From NCBI GenBank assembly GCA_008632985.1, contig QPGO01000167.1:62001-126000 (forward strand): a stretch of DNA of 64,000 bases. Direction: 5' to 3'. This document shows positions 1 to 13,435 of the stretch, one piece after another. Numbering within the stretch: position 1 is the stretch's first letter; the number at the start of each line of letters is the position of its first letter. This stretch comes from Psammoneis japonica. Its lineage: Eukaryota. Below the pieces are notes generated by a model, which saw only the letters and a list, made by a program, of their open reading frames with translations, made no database searches and was not told the DNA's origin. The translations under genes were made by a program, and so were the position numbers.

Positions 1-578
1 TTTGATCTGACATGGCTATTGCAACTCTTTCTCTGGACAGAATAGTAGTGGTGAGTTATTCTGACCGCGATCATCGATCGATTCGATCGCTCATCGCTGC
101 GATCGTCTGCTCCGCCGCGCTCGGCTGCGCCGCCGCCCGCCGCCGTTCATAAGCTAATTTTTCGAGTTTTGATGGTACACCTTCACAAGGTTCTTCTTCG
201 TTTTACACACTGGATTTTCAATCTACTAGAGTCTCTGCTACTCGCTTAGTTTTGCACCGCGTTTTCATTGAACTTTATGCTTCAAGCTACAATGGACAAA
301 GATGCGATATTCACGTTGGAAAACAAACATTGTGCTCGAGCAAAGAAATCCACAACACCAACGCGGCAAAAAGAATGGGACGAGTAGCTTTGTTTGGTAG
401 TTATTTTTATAGATGGGAAAACGAAACGCTCTCGTGTGAGATCCCCAACGGCTCTTGTGTCTCATAGCGTCTATTGTGTATTTTGCTCGTGCATTTTGTC
501 TTGTGTCTACGATGATGCGCAACCTTGTGGCTGGCTCATTCTTTTGATTTCTCAAAAAATACCAATGAAAACTGTTTT

Positions 579-2332
579 TTAATACGCATGGTCCGACGAC
601 GGCTCGGTATCAAATTCGGTCGAATGGTGATGTTCACTGGACTGTCGACTCATACGTCGTTCCGTACGCTCTTGACGTTGTCTCTTAAAGGCATTGATAT
701 ATTCTGGATTCACATCATCGCCTTGCAGCGCCAATCCACCGTGATACGACGTGTCCAATCCCACCAATTCATCCAGCGAATCGGAACGAAAGGCACCTCG
801 CCAATTCAAAAAGAAAAAGAACGGAAACATGACTGCCGTGACCCACGCTAAAATAAACAAGATTCCCACCAATTGGGCACCCAACAAGGTCGCATCACTG
901 CTGCCACGACCCCACGAATAACACCATCCAACATGTTTGGACCGTCCATAGGCATCCTCGAGTCTCGAGGGTGACGCCAGAAAACCCACCGCAACCAATC
1001 CCCACAGCCCATTCACCATGTGCACGGGAATCGCATCAACGGCATCATCGAGCCGTACCTTGACGAGCGCCCACGATCCCACGATATACAAATTACCCGC
1101 CACAAACCCCACCAACACGGCCGCCCACGGTTCCAATACACCACAACCACCCGTAATGGCCACAAGACCGGAAAGCGCCCCATTCATGGCGTACTTGACA
1201 TCAAAAATGGGTTCACCCGTTTGACGTTCCAATACAATGAGATTGACAAAGAGGGCGGTCACGCCACCCATGCCACCCGACAGAGCTGTATTGACACCCG
1301 CCAACGATCCGACGGCACCCAATACCTCTCGATTGGGCATGGTCAAAGCGGAACCGACATTGAAGCCGTACCAACCGAACCAAAGCATAAATGTACCGAG
1401 AATCTGTATTTTTAAAAACAAGAGAGTAAAAGAAGAGAGGTATAAAACTGAATGTGAGTGATTGTTAGAAAATGGTTCCTCTTTGAATCTCATAACCAGT
1501 AGCACCACAACTCTAGAGTGCCACCATACATACAACAACAACATTATAATATACATACCTGCAAAGACACAGAATGCCCCTTGATTTCGTTGGGAACTTC
1601 CAAACGCCGTCCTTCATCGTCATGAAACCGTCCCTTGCGAGGTCCCAAAATAATGGTTGCCAAAATCGCGGTAATACCTCCCGTCATGTGTACCACACCG
1701 GAACCGGCAAAATCAATCACACCCGTCCCCCACAGTGGTTCGTAGGCACTGGGACTGAGAAAACCCTCGGTACTCCAAAAGGCCCGTACAATGACGGGAT
1801 AGACAAAGCCCGTCAACAAAATACTATAATACAAGTACGCTGTCATTTTGCATCGTTCCGCTAGAGTACCGGCTACAATCGTGACGGCCGCTGCCGAAAA
1901 GGCGTATTGAAACAACCAAAAGGCATAATCATCCACGTCCATGAGAAAAAAATTGGCATTGCCAATAAAGGTCTTGTCGGTTGATTCCAACGAAGTTCCA
2001 CCGTACGCAAAGGCATATCCCACGGTAAAAAACGCCACGGCCGCACCACAGGCATCCAACAGATTCTTCAACATGGTGTTGCTCACGTTCTTTTTACGGA
2101 CACATCCCGCACACAGCATGGCAAAACCTCCTTGCATAAAGAATACCATGGCGGCAAAAATGACAAAGAGAAAGGAACTGGCAAATTCGAGTGCGGATTC
2201 TTGCAACATGCGATCATAACTACTAGTAGGTGGTATGCTGCGAGCGACACAACGAAGCAATTCATGCACGTCATCCGTCGGTTCCCCCTCGAGGAGACAT
2301 TGTTCATACAAGTCGTCGTTATTGTTGCTCAT
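579..2332 (-). CDS. AMT1: Ammonium transporter (Amt1 family), 2 exons (2332-1559, 1403-579)
   Basis: Motifs FFMQGGFAMLCAG, FQYAF, DFAGSGVVHMTGG, LWFGWYGFNVGS, NGALSGLVAITGGC, DDAVDAIPVH; GT..AG intron 1558-1404 joins the two ORFs in frame. Confidence 0.93.
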
Positions 2333-2879
2333 GATGTAAATGATGTATGCTGTATGTATGCTACTATGCAAGTGTATAGAGAGCAAATCAGATCGAGCTG
2401 TGAATGGCTGTAAACAACAACAACAGCGCACCTGCAGCAACAATACAAAGGATTGTCTGTTTCACCCAATCAAACGTGCCGCTGTAGAAAAAAAAGACGC
2501 GACCACCATCGCTTTGAACTTCCTTTTGCGGCTGACGATCCTGTAGAATGTGGTATGATTTCTACGCTGAGCTTGTAACTTCAAGATGCTTCTGTGGTGG
2601 ACATGGACGGGGAAATATGACGTCATATCCAAAGGGATATGTATACGTGAACAATTATCTAAATTCAATTCTTAGAACAGGTCTGTGCAATTTTATTTAA
2701 CGAAAATCGTCCAGCTGGAAACTGCATGGCTGGTAGTCGTTAAATAAATTATTGATTACTTTCCGAGATGGGCCGGAGTTGCACATGTTGTGACGTTTTT
2801 ACAGATCGGTCGGTGAAGTAAACATAAAAAGTATATATGACTTAGGAAATTTAATTGATTACATCGCCGAGAAACATCA

Positions 2880-4960
2880 CATCGCCGGTGTCTGCATGTG
2901 TTGTGTGTGATGAGAGTCGTCATGGCGCTCGTGGAAAAACAAACTTGTTGCCACAACGTGTCACGACATGTTTTGTTTTTTCTTGGTTTTGTGATCATTG
3001 ATGATGTGGTGTACAATGGGAAGGAACAATCTTTTTGCATGACAGAGACTGATGACATCATGATGTGTGTGTTTGGAAATTGTGTGTGTGGTGGGGGGGC
3101 AACACACCAGAAAGCCACCATCGTTGTTCTGGCACACAGCCCTCTGGGTGTTGTGTGCCTGCTCACCCAAGCACACTGCACAGATGTTTTGGGCAGCTTC
3201 TTGGGAGAAACACAGAGGAGAAAACAAGTCAAAACAGAGAGAGAACACAATTGCTTCAGGCAGCTCGTCTGCTGCCCTGCTGGAACTTTTTGGCTGCAGT
3301 GCTGAAAACTCTGTGACATCAGAGTTTTTGGCAAAAAAATGCACCACATGTCATGCACAAACATTTCTGTGTGTGGTCTCCTTCAAAATTGTTTTGTGCT
3401 TTCTGTTTTGCAAAGGGCCCCAGAGGAGGCTCAGGGAGGCTGTGTGCGCTGCTCTTGTTCTGTGTTTTGCAAGAGCGCGCCTGTGCGGGCAAAGCAGAAA
3501 TGATGTGCTTCAAGGCAGAGGAGTTTTTGAGCATTTTTCAAAATTGCCTCTTTTTCCATTGGCAATCATTTGTGCATTCCTCCTCTCCTGGCACACATTT
3601 GCCCCCACACTCCTGACGTGATTCTTGCACCGCCGCGCCACCTGGCCACATCTCAAGCGAGTTCAGGGCACACCAAAATGACCTGACACAGCAGGAGACA
3701 CAGGTGAAAATGCAAGCAAATGACAACATGTCCACAAAACCTTTGTGTCAGTTGACAGAGCAATGTCTGGTTGGCGCAATGCACACTTTGCTTTTCAGAT
3801 GTTCATTGGATTCTCAGAGTGGTCCTGTCACACTGCTGGCATCATGTGTTGCATCATTGTGAGCCTTTGACTCTCTGGCGCAAACTGCACTTGCATCTCT
3901 GTGCACACACCCCTCCCAAACCACATTGTGTGATGTGGTTTGCCCACTCTGTGGGAGTTCTTGGCACATGCAATCATCTGTGCAATGAACCACCAAGTTG
4001 CTCAGAGTGTTTTTCTGGCATTGCAGCCATTTTGAACAAGATTCCAAAGATGGGCACACATGTCATTTTTTGACATTTTGTTTTTGGTGTCTCCCACACT
4101 GGAGGTGTGGTTGTTGGGATTTTTCATTCTTTGAGCACCACAGCAGCTGTGTCAAAGCATCCTGTTGATTTCCTGTTTTGACTTTTGAAGTCAAAATTCC
4201 TGGCACACTGTTTGGCTGGTGTGATGGGGGTGTGGGTCAATCCAGGACACATGGGTCTAGATGCAACAGCACTTGAAACGCAGACTTCTGCTTGACCCTT
4301 TGACCACCAGGGAAGCAAATCTGTGCCATTTTTCTTTTGTTCAGTGTGATGGCCTCAGACTTGTGAAGTTTTGTTTGGGTCCCCTTCAAGAAGTGCAAAG
4401 TTCTTGCACTCTCTTCTCAAGCTGCTGTTTTGTGATGCCCCTCTGTCCAAAAGTGCCCAACGCTGCACAAACAATGCTTTCAATTCATCCACACCCAAAT
4501 TTTGGTCTGTGTGCTGCACACAGGCCTGTTTCAGCAACTCTTCTGTGCATGAAAGACCTGCAAAATCCTGTCAGTGGCTGCAGCAAAGGTCAAAAGCTGA
4601 GTGCTTGCTTTTGCTGAGTTCTTCACTCATGTTTTGAACATGACAGGCTTGGCAAATGTGGAGAAAGTTGCGGTGCCACAAGAAAGTCAATGACACAATC
4701 AAGCACAATGTGCAGGTGTTCTTTGCAACAGCTCCCACTTCATTGCAGCAGCCATTTGTGTGCACCCTGTGTGGTCATTGTTGGCTGGCCATTGGACCCA
4801 CTGTAGATGCACTCCAGACACAGGTGGAATTTGTGTGACCCTGGGCTCACAGTGTTTGTCATCAAAAAGCAAGTTGCGCAAAGTGTCAACCGTCATGACT
4901 GAAATCGATTCCTTGAGGTCGTGGCCTGTTTTTTCGCGAAGCACTTTCAACTTGAAAGCA
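2880..4960. repeat. TpA-depleted degenerate repeat block A
   Basis: Almost no TA dinucleotides, TG/CA excess; 3330-3600 aligns with 7680-7960 and, inverted, with 18880-19250; boundaries approximate. Confidence 0.7.
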
Positions 4961-5056
4961 CGGGGATAAAGCACGATTTTTGTATGACTCATAACCCCTT
5001 CACATCCGATCACGGCCGGAGACGACTCTACGTAGCTACCGTAGCTGGAGCTCATG

Positions 5057-5115
5057 ACTCGACCGGCATGAAGCAACAATAGATCGACCGGCATGTTGCT
5101 TCATGCCGGTCGAGT
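5057..5115. repeat. Perfect 22-bp inverted repeat with 15-bp spacer
   Basis: actcgaccggcatgaagcaaca (5057-5078) and its reverse complement (5094-5115). Confidence 0.9.
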
Positions 5116-5665
5116 GTCGAGTGCAACATGCAACTCCAAACTGTCGATCGACGATCGACTCGATGCACTATATCATGAACAGCACCGGAAATACCGGAGC
5201 ACCAGTTGATTGGGTCCTTTTTCTCTTCGTTTCGCCAATCATGCTGCCGGTACGAGTTAGATCCTTGTTGAGTGCAGTTTGTGCTGTTACGTTGATTCAT
5301 GCGAGATGCTTTTTCCAACTCAAACCAGTGCGTGCAGCATGCGGGACACCGCGTTCATCGTGGAAAAACAGCATCGCACCTGCGTTGCGGCACGATCTGA
5401 AAGCCCTATGATGCAGACATGACAACGATTTTTGATATTGTCGTCGTGTGCCGTTTGCTTCTGTCTCATAAATGTTGGCGCAGAAGCAGAGCGATTAGCA
5501 TGGACGTTGCTTGTGCCAGGGAAAAAAGCCATCTCTACGAACAGCTTGGAGAAGCATTGTGCCCTCTCATCAATCGGCTATGCTCGGCATTATCTATACT
5601 GCGAAGCTTTGTTAAACAAATACTTATTTTGAGCTGCACTAGAGGTTGAATAAATATGAGCACGT

Positions 5666-6097
5666 TTACTCCTCGAAGACCCATAAGGTGCGAATCCACA
5701 CCACCTTTTCACCTTCGTCATTTTCAACCGGCCTCACACAGCAATAACAGATGCAGCAAACCACAGCGATAATGACGACAAGCACGACAATCAAGGCCCC
5801 TTCTAGAGCAGTCGGCTCGTCGTCGTCCTCGTCTTCATCCTTGATGCGACGACGGAACAAGGAAGCTCGAGTGAAAGGAGGAGAAGGGGCAACTACTGTG
5901 TCTTCAAGGGTTAGTAACTTCTTGGAAAAGTGGCGGACTTTGGGCTTCATGTCCTCCAAGGCGGTTGCGACATTTGCACTTTCAAGTGCAGTCTGAGAGC
6001 GAAGTTTGGTGCACGACGTTGTCGATGTTGTGTTGACGACACCGATCAACAACAACAACATGGCGACGGTGACGACGCTGGGAGAGAAAACTTTCAT
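5666..6097 (-). CDS. Small hypothetical membrane protein (signal peptide plus C-terminal TM helix with Cys cluster)
   Basis: 143-aa ORF, hydrophobic N-terminus, acidic stretch, TM ending VCCICYCC; an intron cannot be excluded. Confidence 0.5.
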   Translation of the reverse strand: MKVFSPSVVTVAMLLLLIGVVNTTSTTSCTKLRSQTALESANVATALEDMKPKVRHFSKKLLTLEDTVVAPSPPFTRASLFRRRIKDEDEDDDEPTALEGALIVVLVVIIAVVCCICYCCVRPVENDEGEKVVWIRTLWVFEE

Positions 6098-6954
6098 GTT
6101 CGTGACACTTGGTCCAACAGATGAAAGCAGATGAGAACCATATATTTTTTCAAGTTTTTGCTTTTTTGTGAGGGAATGTGGAAGAAATTATTTGCTCGCA
6201 AGAAGGGATTGCAGATAGGAGTTCGCATCTGATGAGAACCCATTGGGCTGGGGGCTGGGGTGGCAATCAACAATAAAGGTGATAGTGCTAATAATTTGCC
6301 ACAAACCTATTGTTAAGAGGCATAAATCCTTGCCTACGACTCATCATCTGTGTGCACTGTACACGACCAAGCAATCGCGGATCGCTGTTCCCATCAGAAT
6401 TTATTCAGACGCAGACGGACAACACACCGCACCGCAGCACTGCATGCATGCGCGCGGCGCAGGATGCAACGCGAGCGACGTACAGGGGTCACCGATCTAG
6501 TGTTTATTATTTATTATCCCGGACGATTACTTATTCGTTAGACTTTATTGGCGAAGAAACGTGACAATTGCATTTAGGTAACTTTTATTCGAACATTTAG
6601 TGTGAGTTGAACTTACGTCAATAATGACGTCATAAGGGTCTTTCTGGGTAGGCGTGCGTCGGAACTGCCTGACACCGGCCTCGTTTGGCGTCGAAGGCTT
6701 AATTAAAATAGTAATTGATGATGTCATCAATTTAAGTAGGAAAATGTCCGACGTGTCTTCATGTCTCACGGATTTTATTTATGAAAATAATAAACACTGC
6801 ATTTACGGTCAAATATAGAAATAAAATTATTTGGATTCGTTAGCAATACAATGCTCGTGGAAATAATACGAAAAACAATAAACACTAGATGTGCGCGCTG
6901 CGCGATTTCGATTAGATCAGCGATGCCTGTACATAGACTCTAGCTAGCTAGCGG

Positions 6955-8700
6955 TGGTGTGCATGGGAGGAAGTCTGTCTGACTGTCTGCGCTCTCCAGA
7001 TGTTCTGGCCCAGACAGCTCATAATTTTAGTCAGTTGTGTTGTGCAACAACCATTCTGACTAAATGCTGCATTGCTGCTCGACAACATCACCGTTTTCTT
7101 GCGTCTCCCTCCTGTCCAACCATCAGGGGCTTGACCGACAGCAAAATGATGCTGGGGGTGCTGCTGCAAACTTTTTGTGGTGGGCTCCGGTTTTCTCCAT
7201 TTGTGAAGTGGGGGCACTTTTGTGATTTTGTTGTGGTGAGCCTCCCAGTTTTCTTGATTTCTTGAATCATGAGAGTTCCTCCATGACTCACATGGAGCCA
7301 TGACCCACTTGTTTGCATCATGGCAATGGCACCCACATGACCTTTGTCAACCCGTGCTTGGCATCATGGCCGTCTTTGCCCATCAGTTGGCAGCCTTTGC
7401 TGCATGCAGACTTTGTTGTGGGTTGAAAAATGTGGGCACAAGCTGGTGTGGCAGGCCTGTCACAGAGAGCAGATCTGTCAAATTCAGCGCCATTGTGGCC
7501 AAAAGCAAAGACGCAGTGCGGAAAACCAACGGGGCATTTTGCGGAAGCTCAAGATGGCTGCAAAAGAAGCTGTGCCCCCCCACAACGGCTGGCAAAGTAA
7601 AAAAAAGCTGACATGCTCCAGCTCCAGAGCAGGGCCTTGTGCTGTTAAAGTTTGACATTGACAGTTTTTGAGATGTGCCGTGTGATGCATGATGTCACAC
7701 ACGTGCATTTCTGTGTGTGCTCTCTTCTGCAAAATTGCCTCGTGCTCCCTGTTTTGCAAAGCCGCCAAAGGCCTGTTTTTTTTGCATTGTTGAAAGCAAA
7801 ATTGGCTGGGTGTGTGCTCTGGGATGCACACAAAATGCACCTGGGCAAGCCAGAAATGCTGTGTTTTAAGTGTGAAGGAGCCTGTTCATTCACAAAATTG
7901 CCTCTTTTTCTGATGACAAGCATCCATGTGCTCTTCATTGCCTGACAGTTTTGCTGCAGAGCATGCAAAGCAAACTTGGGGCATGCAACAATGTGACAGA
8001 CATGGAAAACATGACAAGGGGGAGGCTTGGCTCAAGTGCTGCAAACACAGAGATTCTCAACAGATTGTGCAGTTGGCACAGCACACAAACAGATGCTGGA
8101 AAAAAGAGCTGTGCAATTTTTAAGAGTCAAATCTTGTGGCTCTGCTTTCAATTGGCCAAGCAAGACAACAGCGCTGTGGAGCTTCCACTCATTTGATGAG
8201 ATGTGAGCTCTCCATGTGATGCCCTCAGCCTTGCTTTCACAATGAGGTTGTTGCCTTCCCATGAAACCCATTTTCCTGCAGGTTTAAAGAAAAGCCCAGG
8301 GTCTTTCTCCAACAAGGCCTTGCAGGCATTCCCTTTTGCTCCTTGTGATCTCAAAGCAGACCCACGCTGTTTGTTGCAGCTGGCACACAAGAAAGACTGG
8401 TGCAGCCTCCACTGCTCCAGGAGCCCCCTTGGCTCTCAAATCCACTGGCAGCAAAAATGACGGTGTCAAAAAAGCTGTTCGTTTTCTGTTGTCGTGGCGG
8501 CTCTTTGCTCTCTCTCTCTCTCTCTCTCTCTCTCACTTCTGCAGTTTTTGTTGCTGCCACTGCCGCTGTGGTTGTTCTGCTGTTTGCTGGGGAATTTCAG
8601 ATTGCAATGTTGCACACTTTGGTGGGCATCTTTTCTCACCGGGAATTGCACCAGAGAGAACGATTTGAAGACATTCAGGTGAGTCGTGCCTGAGTCCTGA
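6955..8700. repeat. TpA-depleted degenerate repeat block B
   Basis: TA nearly absent; shares core with blocks at 3330 and 18880; (CT)n at 8508-8534; preceded by ctctagctagctag. Confidence 0.7.
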
Positions 8701-8926
8701 ATGTCAAAAACATCATCAATGATGCGAACGCGATCCGCCGCAGATCTTGCTCTTTGTTCTTTGTACTTATTTGTGTTTTGGCTCTTCTATCGCCACTGTG
8801 TGCACAGCACGAATAGGATTTATTGTAGATTGTAGTATCACTCTAACGATCTTCACCTTGATCAGTTGACACACGGTTGTAGAGGCCAACCTTTGTTTTA
8901 TCACCACACACGTGTGGCAAACAAGA

Positions 8927-9370
8927 ATGGGTAAGATTATCCTCAAGAAAACATTCAAGACAGTCTCTCCGGCTCTCCAGAAATGGAATCAATCAGACTT
9001 CAACTGTGTCAGAAACACAAAGACACTTTCTTTCCATGGTCCCATTGGCGAGGATGCGATTGCGGCTATCAACAGGTCACTCGTGAAGAAGGTTGATTGG
9101 CATGAAGCAGCTGGTGCGACTGGTGCGAGACGTTTTGCTTTTCGACCCAGTCATTCTGGCCACTACACTGCAGTTTTTAGCCACGAAACGCAGAAATATC
9201 ACGAGGAAGACGTCCTGTCTTGCGTCATCCAGGAACTGGAAGATTTGGGATGGGACTTTATGTTTGAGTATCAAAGCCGCATGTCTTCTTGGTTTTGTTG
9301 CCACTGCCTTCCGTGTTCCCGCACCGAACGCGTTTGTTTGGTCTTTGATGACCACAGCAGAAAATGTTGA
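8927..9370 (+). CDS. Hypothetical protein (~147 aa)
   Basis: ATG at 8927, globular-looking composition, lies between non-coding flanks; no recognisable family. Confidence 0.5.
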   Translation: MGKIILKKTFKTVSPALQKWNQSDFNCVRNTKTLSFHGPIGEDAIAAINRSLVKKVDWHEAAGATGARRFAFRPSHSGHYTAVFSHETQKYHEEDVLSCVIQELEDLGWDFMFEYQSRMSSWFCCHCLPCSRTERVCLVFDDHSRKC

Positions 9371-9941
9371 TCCCCGCACATGTATGGTGTGTTTGTGTGT
9401 ACTGGTATATCTTTAGTTCTCTGCATGTACTCGTATCAATCACTCCGTTAGTACGGATCGTGAAGCTAATTTCTTAGGAGACAACTTACGTTAACAACTT
9501 TTATAACTCTGTTCACAACATCTGCTACTTTCTTCGGCACCGCTCTTTCCATCTCGGACCTTTCACAGGAGCCCCAATACTTTCTACTACAAAAGACGTG
9601 ACAGTACCTGTTATGACATTGACGAACGCGTTGGAACTATACTCTTGTGGGATTATGCTTTGCCCGTGAGTTTTTTTTTGTAGTCAACCTTAAACCCAAA
9701 ACGGAAGGAGCTTATGTCGGATGATGCGATATTGCACATGCAGCGGTTTACCCCGTTGGAAAGCTCCGGGGCTGAGCTGTTTCCGGTAAATGAAAAAGGG
9801 GCTCGATGAATGATGAAGAGTACTGTATAGGGACCCACGATTGGCGGAGAGTGACTTGAACAAGGCCAATGATTACGCAGTATGAAGCTTAACACGCTGT
9901 CTGAGCCATCCATTCTATAATTGAAGGAATTTTCTCATTCT

Positions 9942-10505
9942 TCATAATGCACCTCCTCGTGCTTTTTCACCATGAGCAATACCAACATCTAAAATTGGCA
10001 GATCCACTCCATCGCGTTCAATTTGATCCAACACGTCTTGGTCAATGCTCCAAATTTCATCCGCTTCTGCGCCATACCCCGGTCCACCACCCAAACTTGG
10101 CACGGGCCGTTGTCCATACCAACCCTCTCCGTACGTTCCGGTAACGCTCGAGTCGTCTGGTTCTTCCGTCGTGGAAAAGCGTGGATCAACAAACAAATCC
10201 GTTTCGACATCGTCCTCGTGTCGGCACAAACCCAAGACGGTCCCATCGGGACGAACGACACACAATCGTGGCGATGATGATTGCAATTCATCATTGCTGT
10301 CTTTGTCGTCACCGCTGTCTACTGAAATGGCAACCAAATCATTTTCTAAATACTTGTCAGACAACAAACCAAGAGAAACAAGTGATGACGTTGTTTTTTC
10401 ATGATGGACGGCGACCCATGCTGCACTAGTTGGAAAAAGTCGTGCATAAATCAGCACAACAACATGTGCAGAAAAGACACATAAGAAGGATCTAAATCGC
10501 ATCAT
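9942..10505 (-). CDS. Hypothetical protein, possibly plastid-targeted
   Basis: 187-aa ORF; signal peptide ending SAA-W (resembles diatom ASAF motif); Gly-rich C-terminal domain GEGWYGQRPVPSLGGGPGYGA. Confidence 0.7.
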   Translation of the reverse strand: MMRFRSFLCVFSAHVVVLIYARLFPTSAAWVAVHHEKTTSSLVSLGLLSDKYLENDLVAISVDSGDDKDSNDELQSSSPRLCVVRPDGTVLGLCRHEDDVETDLFVDPRFSTTEEPDDSSVTGTYGEGWYGQRPVPSLGGGPGYGAEADEIWSIDQDVLDQIERDGVDLPILDVGIAHGEKARGGAL

Positions 10506-10738
10506 GATTGGCGAAACAATGAGAGAAAGGGCGCAACCAATTGGTGTTCGGCAGTTACTCTAATTATTGTTAGTTGCATCATACCGGTACGGTACTCAGG
10601 CTGAAGGCCAAGATTTTTTTGAAATGCGCAATTTCTCCATCCAACAAACATCTTCCTATACGTTTATTAGTATATTTTAAATTCAGAAACCGGATTTAGA
10701 ACACGCAGAAGGAGCTCTCTATCCTTTCTATTTTCACC

Positions 10739-11850
10739 ATGGCGGCTGCTGCTGCTCGTGCTCGTGCTCCAACCCAGTGGGATGCGACGAATGAGTCTAC
10801 TGGCGACATTGCGAGGGAGAAAGTGTCGTTCTTTCGATCGCTGTCGGATGAGGAAATCGCTCTCAGAAGCGCTGGTTCACATTTTGCCAGCATGGAAGAT
10901 CTCTGGGGACATGATGGTCTCCTCCAGTTTGGTTGGGCGAACTTTAATGCCACAACTCCTGCCACTGCGCAGGGAAGGTTGTGCAAATCATGTTACAATC
11001 ATCTTGACCAAGTGATTTGGGGAGCTGATGCTGGCTCAGCCACGATGAACCAACGTGGCAACGCTGTCAGGCTGGACACGTTTGGGGACACTCGTTGTCA
11101 GTCAGCGCACTTGCTTTCGCATGATGAATTGTGCCATGAGGCGCATGGCTTTCTTGCCGAGGCAGCAATCAGGATGAGCTTTGATCAACCAACCACTGCA
11201 GGCAAAAAAACATGGAGTGGTTGATCAATTCGCAATGTGAAACGAATGGGGGCGCTGCGCCAACTGGGGACGACTCACCCCGGCGTGGCTGAAGATTCTT
11301 CTGGCCGGTGTCCAAAACTGGCTGCAACGGCTCATCCCTGAAGAGCCATGCATTCAACAAGGTGCATCCACGTGAACAAGGAATGCACTGTGATGTAGAT
11401 GATCCTTCTGTTTTGATTGTGCCTTTGCCGACCTTGCAGCAGGTTGTGGATTGGGCCACAGACACAACGTCTGCTGCCGAGTGCAATGTTGTGGCAGTCA
11501 CCTTTGGTGACAATTCAACAGACACATCTTCCAACCTTGTGCATGCACTGCAAGAGTGCACACCTGCTGAAATTGAGGCTGGCAGATGTCTCTTGGAGAC
11601 TTTCCTCTTGGGATTGGCTGGTTCACTGAAGATGAAAGCAGTGCAAGAAAGCTTCGTGCAAGATGAACTACAAAGTCGAGCGCTGTCCCGACAGTCAAGC
11701 CTTGTGGACAATGTTTTGGACAAGACAACCACCAGGATTCGTGCTCCTTTTTTGTTGCAAGCAGGTGCAGCCATTCATGTTGCGAAGGGTGGGATGTCAT
11801 TGAGAACATCCTTGCCAGACCCATGGCTGCTGCTGTTGAAAGCAGCGACG
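10739..11850 (+). pseudogene. 5' part of a host gene (possible HNH-like nuclease fold) interrupted by the Gypsy element
   Basis: ORF pieces 10739-11224 and 11308-11850 with AHLL..C, NK, LIVP and PDPWLLLLKAA motifs; frameshift and stop; TA-depleted after ~11000. Confidence 0.6.
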
Positions 11851-12282
11851 TGCAGCATGCCTCGCTGCTGGACAACACGGCGAGACCGTGCACAAGCCTC
11901 TTGCACGTGGCAACGCAGTGTTGTTGACATGCACCTGGGAAGCATGACCACAGGAGGGCGTGGCTCTAAGTCTCAGGCAATTCCAGAAGGATGCCAAGAG
12001 AGCATCCGTGTGAAGCACACTGGCCCGTCGTCTGGCCCACGATGGCAGCGTGATTCCACACGATGACATCACTCGTGCATGGCGCGTGATGGCTTGATTC
12101 GCACGATCCATGATGCAAATGCACGATCGACCCAATGCGATCCAAATGCGAACGAGTGGGGATTTGGCAAGATTCCCTGTTCACACGATCCCATTTTCTC
12201 TGCTCTAAACCAGCTCACAATTTTCACAACGACAAAGTCGTAACACATCTTCTTTTTCAGCGCCTGGCACATGCACAGGGCA
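11851..12282 (+). repeat. Gypsy 5' LTR
   Basis: Starts tgcagcatgcc; colinear with 17725-18156; right end uncertain by 5 bp. Confidence 0.9.
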
Positions 12283-12343
12283 CAGCAACATTGCTCCCGC
12301 GTGTTGTGCGAGGTAACGAAATCTGCAGAAACGAAACTACGAA

Positions 12344-13435
12344 ATGTTGGCAGGACCGACAAATCTTAAAACGACCATGAAGAAGTGGATTGGGCCACCG
12401 ATTCTGTTTGCACGGCCGGAGAAGAAAGAGCTGCAGCAGGGCGAGCACCAGACGTTCAAGCCACGTAACAACCCTGCTGACCCGGACAGTCCAACGCACG
12501 AGATGGGCATTCCGCACCTTTCTGCGGCTGCATGCGAGACACTCCCAATCTTTCTGCGCAACGTGGATCGCGTGCGTGAAGGACAAAACATCGCGACCGG
12601 GCCAGCGAAATTTGCCCTTGTGCGTGACCTGCTGCAGGGTGATGCTCTGACGTCATTTGACAATGCCGCTGACAAGCAGGCATCCCAAACCAACGCTGCG
12701 CACGCAGCATGCGTCGCGAAGCTAAAGGAAAGTGTCTTCCCACACAGGGCGGCACTGTTGCAGAAGCGCTGTCTGAGGCGCTTCATGCGCAAGCCCGCAG
12801 AGGTTTCTGCTCATGACTGCGTCACGAGGGCTGTTGAAATTAACAGCTGTGTCTCTCAGTTTCCACCCGTGACGGAGGATGGAGAAGCACCGGCACCATT
12901 GCCCAATGACGAACTGTGCGACATGTTCGAGCATGGTGTGCCAAACGCATGGCAGAAGTTCATGATGCTGCAGAATTTTGATCCGTTGGCGCATGCTGTC
13001 GCCGAATTTATGCAGTTCTGCGAGCGCACCGAGCAGGTCGAGCTTGCCGCAGGCAACCGCGATCAACATGCTAGGGTCTCATGCAAGCGGGGACGTAGAA
13101 CAGACAATTCTGAGTCGTTGATCACGACCCAACCGAACACCCACGTGAAACGTGTCAAGACTGGACATTCCAGCAATGGAGGCAGCAAGCCCAGTGCAAA
13201 ACCTCGGAATGAGGAAGACGTTGATGCTCTCATCGGATCGAAGGTCAAGGAGTTCTTTGCCAATGCTCAGAAAAAGCACAAGGCACACGAGGAGGAGCTT
13301 GGTCACTTCAGCGACCTCAACTCAAGTGACTCCGAAGACTCGGACACTTGCCGACACGATGCAGGTGGTTTTAATCTCGCGCACGTGTGCGCGGTTGTTA
13401 GACTGTGCAGGTGTGTGCATGTGTGTGAGGTGTGA
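12344..13435 (+). pseudogene. Gypsy gag
   Basis: LLQGDALTSF, VFPHRAALLQKRCLRRFMRKP, VEINSCVSQFPP, GVPNAWQ; no Tyr in 363 aa. Confidence 0.8.

Noticed and set aside
2756..8700. The many 60-200 aa ORFs in TpA-depleted blocks as genes
   Set aside because: Expected by-product of TAA/TAG loss; no recognisable domains
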